A stretch of DNA of 13,513 bases from contig CAXTKV010000150.1 in NCBI GenBank assembly GCA_964244895.1, positions 1 through 13,513 on the forward strand, given 5' to 3'. A program made the position numbers and the translations under genes. Every line of letters starts with the position of its first letter. Positions within the stretch are counted from its first letter, which is position 1. Under the pieces are notes generated by a model. The model made no database searches, was not told where the DNA came from, and saw only the letters and a program-made list of their open reading frames with translations. The DNA is from an uncultured Deinococcales bacterium. Its GTDB lineage: Bacteria > Deinococcota > Deinococci > Deinococcales > JAAFIG01. Of the stretch, positions 1 through 6,229 are shown piece by piece.

Positions 1-2809
1 CCACGAAATCCATCGAGCGGCCCTCTCGCCAGGCCGAAGCAAAATCTGCCTCGCCGATTTGACTCTTGGCTCTCGCGGCAACCTGCTCCTGGCGGGCCTG
101 CCATGCGGCCACCATGGGTGCGCGAATCTCCTCGCGCAGTCGCTCAGCCGCGCCCCACAACCGGGCGGCGCGCCGGGCATCCCGTTGCTGAAGAGCCAGG
201 CACGCAAAATTCTCGAGCGGGAAGGTCATGCCCCATCGGTCGTTTTGGGCATATCGGTACTCGAGAACCCGACGCACCAGCACCTGCGCCGAAACCAAGT
301 CGCCCAGGTCGAGCATGACCACGCTGAGGTTGTCCTGGGCACCGACCGCCAAAAACAGGTTGTCCAAGTCTCTTGCCACCGCGAACGCTTCTTCCAGGTA
401 GATTTTGGCCGTCTCTAAGTTTCCCCGCAGCCAGGCGATGTAACCCAGATTGATCAGATTGAGGGCATACTCGGGGTATTTTCGCTGGCCCAGCTTCCGT
501 GAGAGGCTCAGGCTTTCTTCAAATAACGCCCAGGCTCCATCAATATCGCCAGCTCCCTCGGCCAGACTTCCGAGCATGACCAGGGTTGCGGCGACCAGCG
601 GGTCGTCGCCCAGCTTCCGGGCCAGCGCCAGACCCGCCTCAGCGTGCTTTTTCCCACCCGCAATGTCGCCTTGAAGGCTCGCTTCGTTGGCCAGAAGCAC
701 GTACACACGAATCGAAACGGCGTCCAGTCCAAGGGTTTGACAAAGGGCCATGGCCTCATTGCCAAACGTCACCGCCACAGCACGATCGCTTTGTCTCGAG
801 GCCATCCGTCCGGCACCGAGCAGCGCCCTAGCTCGCTCCTCGGTGGGTGCCGCCGTTCCAGGGTGCGACAGCAGCGTGGCGATCCACTGCCTGCCCTCGC
901 TGACGTAACCTTGCGTCTCCCAGAAGGGCGCGAAGGCGTTCGCCAACCGCAGGCCGAACGTGGCCTGGTTGCTCTGTTCCGACCACGCCAGCGCCGCCAA
1001 GACGTTCTGGTGCTCGTCGTTGCAGCATCGGATATGCGCTGGGACTTCGGCTTTTTGGCTCGCTTCGATCAGGATCATGAAGTAGTGCCCGTGCTTAGCC
1101 CTGGTACGCGCCTCTTCGTCCAACCACAGAACGAGTTTTTCTCGGGCGTACTCGTGCAGGAGCGGGTGAAAGTCGTAGCGCCCGTCCCCACTCAGCCGCA
1201 GCAGCGATTTGTCCACCAGTGAAGTCAGAAGGGGAATGGTGGCCTCGCAGACCCGCCCCGCCGCATCGCGGCTGAATCCGCCCGCGAAGACCGTCAACCG
1301 GGTCAGCAGGGCCTGTTCCTTGGGCTTCAGGAGCTTCCAGGAGTGTTCGAAGACCGCACGCAAGCTCTGGTGCCTTTCCACAATATTGCGCGATGGGGTC
1401 TCGAGATCGTCCATGACGGCGCGGATATCGTGCGCCAGGTCAGCCAGACTGAGCGAACGCAACCAGACCGCCGCCAGTTCGATGCCCAGCGGCGAGCCCT
1501 CGACGAATTTGCAAATACTCAGGACGTGCGGCAGGCTTTCGTCGGTCAGGGCGAACTCGAGCCGAGCGCGCTTGGCTCGCTGCGCGAAGAGCCGAACCGC
1601 GTCGTTATACTCGAGCGCACCCAACTCGAGATGGTCCGTGTCGGGAAGTGGCAAGCCCTGCAGGGCGAGGACGAATTCTTCCTCGAGGTTGAGCCGCTCC
1701 CGTGAGGTCACCAGGGCGCTCAGATTGGGACAGGACTCGAGCAACGTCGAGACTAACAGCGCCCCATCCGTCAGGTGCTCGAAGTTGTCCAGCACCAGGA
1801 GCATTCGCTTGCTCCCGATACCCGTTTTGACGGCCTCCAGAGGATCGTCCTTGACCTTGATCGAAAGGGTCTGGGCGAGGGCCAGCGGAATCTGATCGGG
1901 TTCGCCCAGCGCGTCCAGGGCGACGAAATAAACGCCATCGGGGAAGTTCGCTTCGCGCAATTGACCGGAGGCCAACTCGAGCGAGAGCCGGGTTTTGCCG
2001 ATCCCGCCCGGCCCGAGCAGGGTGATCAGGCGCGCGTCACCGTGGCTCATGCGTTGACCCACTTCGATCAGTTCGGGGTCGCGCCCGATGAAGGAAGTCT
2101 TGGCGCGCGGCAGGTTATTGGGAACGGTTCGCGCTTCACGAGCGCCCTCGGGAGCAGCGACAAAATAGCGCTGACGCGCTTCCTCGGGGCTGAGGTTCAG
2201 CTCCAGACCGTACTCCCTGGCGCGCTTGAGGGCCTCGCTGCCGAGGGCACTGTTGGCCGCCAGCAGCAAGGGGTACAGGCGCTCGAGGTCTTCGGCTTCG
2301 GGCGCTTCGTGGCTCAGTCCGTAGGCTCGCTCGGCCCACCGGGCGGCAGCCGCGAAGGCTCCGGTGGCCGCTTCGGTTTCGGCGGCCCGGATCAGGCTGG
2401 CGCGAACCCGACCCGCGATGAACTCCCGCGTGCTGTAAACCCACTCCTCGAGTTCCGCACCCCAGTCGGGCAGCGAGAACTCAGCCAGGAAGCTGCCCTG
2501 ATAGAGCCGGGCAACTTCCTCCGCGTCACCCTCGGCGAGGGCCGTCTGCAAGGCCGAGATGTCGCTCTCGAGGGCGCTCTCTACCGTGCGCTCGTCCGCC
2601 CGGAGCAAGTCGGGGCCGAAATCGCGGATGAGTTTGCTGACCACCCGCAGGCTGTTGGCCGGGTTGGCGGCCTCCGGCCAGAACAGTTCGTGGAGGTGGC
2701 GCTTGTCCTTGGCGCCCTCGACGCTCAGGTAAGCCAGCAGCAGGAGCGGCTTGGGGCGGCTGAAATCGCCCGGCTCGAGGGCCAAACCGCCCAGGGTCTT
2801 CAGGCGCAT
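1..2809 (-). CDS. AfsR/SARP-like regulator: N-terminal DNA-binding/BTAD-like region + STAND (NB-ARC-like) ATPase + C-terminal TPR repeats; 3' end just outside the window
   Basis: Manual translation of segments from ATG at 2809 (reverse strand): MRLKTLGGLALEPGDFSRPKPLLLLAYLSVEG...ELFWPEAA...; LYQGSFLAEF..EEWV; NNLPRAKTSFIGR; Walker A GPGGIGKT (1991-2014, same frame); Walker B MLLVLDNFEHL; GLPLGIELAA; RHQSLRAVFEHSW; RYDFHPLLHEY. The helical/TPR C-terminus ends RAARLWGAAERLRE...AWREGRSMDFV at base 1, still in frame. With no stop inside the window, it is absent from the ORF track. Confidence 0.93.
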   Translation of the reverse strand, partial: MRLKTLGGLALEPGDFSRPKPLLLLAYLSVEGAKDKRHLHELFWPEAANPANSLRVVSKLIRDFGPDLLRADERTVESALESDISALQTALAEGDAEEVARLYQGSFLAEFSLPDWGAELEEWVYSTREFIAGRVRASLIRAAETEAATGAFAAAARWAERAYGLSHEAPEAEDLERLYPLLLAANSALGSEALKRAREYGLELNLSPEEARQRYFVAAPEGAREARTVPNNLPRAKTSFIGRDPELIEVGQRMSHGDARLITLLGPGGIGKTRLSLELASGQLREANFPDGVYFVALDALGEPDQIPLALAQTLSIKVKDDPLEAVKTGIGSKRMLLVLDNFEHLTDGALLVSTLLESCPNLSALVTSRERLNLEEEFVLALQGLPLPDTDHLELGALEYNDAVRLFAQRAKRARLEFALTDESLPHVLSICKFVEGSPLGIELAAVWLRSLSLADLAHDIRAVMDDLETPSRNIVERHQSLRAVFEHSWKLLKPKEQALLTRLTVFAGGFSRDAAGRVCEATIPLLTSLVDKSLLRLSGDGRYDFHPLLHEYAREKLVLWLDEEARTRAKHGHYFMILIEASQKAEVPAHIRCCNDEHQNVLAALAWSEQSNQATFGLRLANAFAPFWETQGYVSEGRQWIATLLSHPGTAAPTEERARALLGAGRMASRQSDRAVAVTFGNEAMALCQTLGLDAVSIRVYVLLANEASLQGDIAGGKKHAEAGLALARKLGDDPLVAATLVMLGSLAEGAGDIDGAWALFEESLSLSRKLGQRKYPEYALNLINLGYIAWLRGNLETAKIYLEEAFAVARDLDNLFLAVGAQDNLSVVMLDLGDLVSAQVLVRRVLEYRYAQNDRWGMTFPLENFACLALQQRDARRAARLWGAAERLREEIRAPMVAAWQARQEQVAARAKSQIGEADFASAWREGRSMDFV

Positions 2810-2820
2810 ACGCCAGTTTA
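2810..2820 (-). promoter_or_regulatory. Candidate -10 box (TAAACT) of a leaderless promoter for the regulator
   Basis: The reverse strand reads TAAACT-GGCGT-ATG: a TANNNT box 5 nt before the start codon, with no Shine-Dalgarno sequence. This layout is typical of leaderless genes in Deinococcus-Thermus. Confidence 0.6.
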
Positions 2821-2845
2821 GCGCGACCTCGCGCGGCCTGACGGA

Positions 2846-2873
2846 TGCTCGAGCGATAACGCCATCTCGAGCA
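2846..2873. repeat. Inverted repeat TGCTCGAG...CTCGAGCA
   Basis: Perfect 8-bp arms at 2846-2853 and 2866-2873, with an alternative inner GCG-ATAA-CGC mini-hairpin. Confidence 0.7.
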
Positions 2874-2881
2874 GTCCCGCA

Positions 2882-2939
2882 CTCGAGAGCACCGTCCAGC
2901 ACGCGAGATTCAGAATGCGTGTGGGACGGTGCTCTCGAG
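2882..2939. repeat. Long intergenic inverted repeat/hairpin
   Basis: CTCGAGAGCACCGTCC (2882-2897) is the exact reverse complement of GGACGGTGCTCTCGAG (2924-2939). Inner GCACGC/GCGTGT pairing extends the stem. Confidence 0.9.
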
Positions 2940-2992
2940 GGGTAAGCCTCAGCTTCTCGGGCCAGTTCGGGTGCGATACCCACCTCGAGCCG

Positions 2993-3026
2993 GGCGTGAT
3001 CGCGCCGCCCAAACCGTGATCACGCC
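2993..3026. promoter_or_regulatory. Candidate operator: two copies of CGTGATCRCGCC with a 20-bp period
   Basis: CGTGATCGCGCC at 2995-3006 and CGTGATCACGCC at 3015-3026. The pair also forms an 11/12 inverted repeat (2993-3004 vs 3015-3026) and is directly followed by TTGATAAT, upstream of the lipoprotein gene. Confidence 0.45.
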
Positions 3027-3097
3027 TTGATAATGCTCCCCCTCCTAAGCTCACTCCAGTTCGGGCGAGACCGCCTGAAGAACCGAAGGAGAAGCGC

Positions 3098-4516
3098 ATG
3101 AACACGAACCGAATCACCCTGATCAGCCTGTTCGCTACCGTCATCCTGCCGCTGGCCGCCTGCAACCAGACGATTCCCGCCTCGCTCAGCCAGGACGCGC
3201 CCACCGAACTCGCAGCCCCGGTCGTTTCCAACACCCAGACCGCGAACCTGACCGTCCCCCGTTACTTCTCTTCCCGAACCTTCTACAATACCGCCGATCT
3301 GCGCCGGGACAACGGGCAATTCAGCTCGATTGCGCTGGACGGTGCGGGCAACGCGGTGATCGCGTACTACGACGGCGTCCGCAACAACCCCGGTGACTTC
3401 ACTGGCCCCTACGGCAACGGCGACCTCAAGCTGGTGGTCTGCGGCAACCCCAATTGCATCAATCCCGTCATCACGACCGTGGACCGGGGCCGACTCCAGT
3501 ACACCGAGGACGTGGGGAAGCACGTCTCGATGGTGCTGGACGCCAAAGGCAACCCGGTCATGCTCTACGCCAGCAAGGAAGACGGGCTGAAACTCGCCCG
3601 CTGCCTCGACGCCACCTGCACCCGGAGCAACATCCAGATCGTGGCACCGGTGAACTCACCCGAGTTTGGCCAGACCTCGCTTTCACTCGATGGCAGCGGC
3701 AGGCCGGTGTTCACTTTCTCCTCGATGACCCCATCTACCCCGAGCTACCCCTACCCGAAGCCGGATTCTCTCTACCTGGTTCGCTGCGGCGACGCGAACT
3801 GCTCCGCCCGAACCAGCAGGATGGTGGACCTCGGGGGGGATAACTCGCTCGCCCTGGACAAGGACGGCAACGCGCTCATCAGCTACTACGAACCGACCCA
3901 CGCATGGCTGAAACTCGCCCGCTGCGACGCGAAAGACACCTCGAGAACCACCTGCCCTAGCGTGTTCGTGGATGGCGACCCCACGGTCAAAGCCAGGAAT
4001 TTTGGAGCCAGTGATTACTGGAAGACGCTCCTGGATGCTGGGCAGTCCAACTCGCTGGTGCTGGTGACCATCCGGGACGTACTCGGTCAGATCAAGGAGC
4101 AGCACCCTTTGATCAGCTACTACGACGCGACCAACGGCGACCTCAAGATCGCCTACTGCACAAACGCCAACTGCTCGAGCGACAGGTCGAACAGCAACTT
4201 CATCCAGACGCTGGACAGCGCGGGCAACGTGGGACAGATGACCTCGCTGAAGTGGGCGAACCGCAGCGGCCCGGTCATCAGCTACTACGACGCGACCAAC
4301 CAGGATCTCAAGATCGCCTACTGCGACCCCGGTCAGCCCCTCGCCAAGGTTCCCACGGTTCCGTGCCAGGAAACGAAGTCGACGGTCACCCTGACCATCG
4401 ATAGCGTTGGGGATGCCGGGCAGAACAGCTCGCTCGCGCTGGATGCCAACGACAATCCGGTCATCAGCTACTACCAGGCCACCTACGCCAGCCTCAGGAT
4501 GATCCGCGGCCAATAA
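3098..4516 (+). CDS. Lipoprotein with a predicted 7-bladed beta-propeller of Cys-paired repeats, function unknown
   Basis: RBS AAGGAG at 3086-3091. The signal peptide MNTNRITLISLFATVILPLAAC ends in the lipobox LAAC. Seven repeats fit S-L-x-L-D-x-x-G-N-P-V-I-S-Y-Y...D-L-K-x-A-x-C-x(4+)-C. Codon usage is GC3-rich; stop TAA at 4514-4516. Confidence 0.9.
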   Translation: MNTNRITLISLFATVILPLAACNQTIPASLSQDAPTELAAPVVSNTQTANLTVPRYFSSRTFYNTADLRRDNGQFSSIALDGAGNAVIAYYDGVRNNPGDFTGPYGNGDLKLVVCGNPNCINPVITTVDRGRLQYTEDVGKHVSMVLDAKGNPVMLYASKEDGLKLARCLDATCTRSNIQIVAPVNSPEFGQTSLSLDGSGRPVFTFSSMTPSTPSYPYPKPDSLYLVRCGDANCSARTSRMVDLGGDNSLALDKDGNALISYYEPTHAWLKLARCDAKDTSRTTCPSVFVDGDPTVKARNFGASDYWKTLLDAGQSNSLVLVTIRDVLGQIKEQHPLISYYDATNGDLKIAYCTNANCSSDRSNSNFIQTLDSAGNVGQMTSLKWANRSGPVISYYDATNQDLKIAYCDPGQPLAKVPTVPCQETKSTVTLTIDSVGDAGQNSSLALDANDNPVISYYQATYASLRMIRGQ

Positions 4517-4596
4517 CACCGCCCGCCCTGACCGTCAACCGAGCCTCGAGTCGAGCCACTGGCGCGTGAGTTCAGGCAAAACGAAAGGTTCACCGC

Positions 4597-4624
4597 AAAA
4601 CCCCTGCCCCGTGCGGGGGTTTTT
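4597..4624 (+). terminator. Rho-independent terminator (possibly bidirectional)
   Basis: AAAA-CCCCTGC-cccgt-GCGGGGG-TTTTT: a GC stem with a T-tract on the + strand and an A-tract on the other side, about 80 nt after the lipoprotein stop. Confidence 0.8.
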
Positions 4625-4700
4625 CCATACCGTGACCCGTCTCGAGATCTGAGGCTTCGGCCAGCCACGCGACTGGTAGAACGCCACAACCGTGCCGGAA

Positions 4701-4730
4701 CCCGACCCCACTCGAGCCGTTCGGGTCGGG
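4701..4730. repeat. Hairpin CCCGACCC...GGGTCGGG with CTCGAG in the loop
   Basis: Perfect 8-bp arms at 4701-4708 and 4723-4730. Confidence 0.6.
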
Positions 4731-5297
4731 CGAGCGCCGCATCCGGGTTGCCGCTTTCTGCGTCTAGAGACCGTATCATTCTGCGCTGAAACACCCCCAA
4801 CTGAACGTCGAGTGAATGATTGGTGCTGGCCTCCCTCACTCTTGATCGCGTACACGTCTGACTCCTCGTGAACCCGATCGCAACAGACCACCCTGCGCTT
4901 CATTTACAAACCTCAGCCCGACCTACCCGCAAAAACCTGGAAGCATCGGTTGAATCTCAGATGCCAAAATCGGGCGGAAGGTCGCGCTTGTCAACTGGCG
5001 CTCCCTCGAGTTGCTTTCGCGCTGACTAAGGTTCCGTATTGGCTCCATCGACTTCAAGTTGGCCTGGACGATCGCCGGTTCGTGCAATCTCCAGGCGAGC
5101 CATCCGCTGAGGGCCACCCATCAGCGTGCCAACAGTTATCAGGAATAGATTCTGTCCAGAGCGACGATATTCGGCTCGGACTCGAGGCCAATTTTGGTGC
5201 AGGTGCACTGGTATGCGCTGCACTTCCGCTCGAGTGCGTCCGCACCCAATCAAGCCCCCCTTGTCACCAGCCAGGGCTTTTGCTTAAGGAGTGGATT

Positions 5298-5654
5298 GTG
5301 GAAGCTCTGATAAACCAGACGGACAACTTCAACGAGAATGAAATGTTTTTGCTCGAGTCCTTCGACCGTGATGTTTTCGAGCGCGCTTCCGTCGGTCTTC
5401 TTTGGGAGGAGTTGCAGGTCGGCGAGCACCACATCTGGTTGCGTGGCGGTCTGCATTACGAGAGGAATTGGGCTTATGGCTTCCAGCATCAACCCCGAAA
5501 CCGTCGACACGGTTCGCTGAAGGGGCCGATTTTCGAGCAGGCGCCCTCGGAACCCATCGGTGATTTCGACGTGGTGAAAGCTTTGGCTCTCGAAGCGGTT
5601 CGGGCCGATAGTCTAAAGACGGCTAGGACTAGGATAGATTCGAACTCGCTTTAA
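5298..5654 (+). CDS. Hypothetical protein, 118 aa (3' half of the 4950..5654 ORF)
   Basis: AAGGAG at 5286-5291 lies 6 nt before an in-frame GTG at 5298. The product (M)EALINQTDNFNENEMFLLESFDRDVFERASVGLLWEELQVGEHHIWLRGGLHYERNWAYGFQ... looks globular, and the ORF ends 20 nt before the ferredoxin start. No family recognised. Confidence 0.5.
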   Translation: MEALINQTDNFNENEMFLLESFDRDVFERASVGLLWEELQVGEHHIWLRGGLHYERNWAYGFQHQPRNRRHGSLKGPIFEQAPSEPIGDFDVVKALALEAVRADSLKTARTRIDSNSL

Positions 5655-5674
5655 GCCCGAAGGAGGCGATCATC

Positions 5675-5911
5675 ATGGCCTATATCATCACCCAGCCCTG
5701 CATCGGCACGAAGGACTCCGCTTGCGTCGATGTCTGCCCAGTCGAGTGCATTTACGAGGGCGACGACCAGTTCTACATTCACCCGGAGGAGTGCATCGAC
5801 TGCGGTGCCTGCGTGCCCGCCTGCCCCGTCAGCGCGATCTTCCCAGAGGAAGACGTGCCCGCAGACCAGCAGTCGTTCATCGCCAAGAACCGTACGCACT
5901 TCGGCCTGTAA
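5675..5911 (+). CDS. fdxA: Dicluster 7Fe ([3Fe-4S]+[4Fe-4S]) ferredoxin
   Basis: MAYIITQPCIGTKDSACVDVCPVECIY...CIDCGACVPACPVSAIF: C-x7-C-x3-CP plus CxxCxxCxxxCP motifs, closely resembling Thermus/Deinococcus 7Fe ferredoxins. RBS AGGAGG at 5661-5666. Confidence 0.96.
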   Translation: MAYIITQPCIGTKDSACVDVCPVECIYEGDDQFYIHPEECIDCGACVPACPVSAIFPEEDVPADQQSFIAKNRTHFGL

Positions 5912-6187
5912 ACGACGCTCAGAGCCGACCGCTCAGGCACGATCGCTTCAAATGCGGACAGGCCGCACTGGAGCCTTCATCCCCTTCGTGGACGCCGGAG
6001 GCTCTAAGGTACCAACGCGCTCGGTTGGAAACACCGTCCTGGCCAGGTGTCCTTGGCCATCCATCGTTCATCGGCACGGAGGCTATCCGTGATGCTGCGC
6101 GCCGAGATTGGGCTCAGCTTACGAAGCGCAACCGCATCGGGTAGAAGTATTGATCAGAAACCGTGCGGTCTCGAGGAAGGCTCAAAA

Positions 6188-6229
6188 ATGATCGGGAACG
6201 CATCCCCAGCGCGCCAGCGTGCTTTTTGA
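6188..6229 (+). other. Short upstream ORF (MIGNASPARQRAF) whose stop overlaps the candidate TTG start of the glucan synthase
   Basis: SD-like GAGGAAGG at 6173-6180, ATG at 6188, and TGA at 6227-6229 overlapping TTG at 6226-6228 (TTGA). Confidence 0.35.

Noticed and set aside
59..2821. Plus-strand ORFs 59..418, 644..1222, 1209..1895, 1343..1705, 1775..2821 and others
   Set aside because: They are antisense shadows of the minus-strand regulator, which carries the recognisable motifs. Long shadow ORFs are expected at high GC.
2846..2989. Clustered CTCGAG copies read as a mini CRISPR or iteron array
   Set aside because: Only 6-8 nt are shared, spacing is irregular, copies pair as inverted repeats, and no cas or rep gene is present in the window.
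3020..4519. Minus-strand ORFs 3020..3523 and 3683..4519
   Set aside because: They are antisense to the lipoprotein, and their repeats only mirror the propeller repeats.
4575..4624. GGCAAAACGAAAGGTTCACCGCAAAACCCC resembles the GGCAAA..GAAA..CGCAAA core of a c-di-GMP-I (GEMM) riboswitch next to a terminator
   Set aside because: The stem under GAAA is only 2-3 bp, the GAC internal-loop strand and the tetraloop receptor are missing, and the position (3' of a gene) fits a plain terminator. An Rfam cmscan hit would overturn this.
4950..5297. N-terminal half of the 234-aa ORF 4950..5654
   Set aside because: It has a TTG start without an SD and a low-plausibility sequence. The SD+GTG at 5298 is a better start.
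5930..6012. Fragments resembling glycine riboswitch motifs (CTCAGG, CTGGAG, CGCCGGAGG, CTCTAAGG)
   Set aside because: The conserved GGAGAG and CCGAAG are not matched, there is no room for P3, and the downstream gene is unrelated to glycine metabolism.
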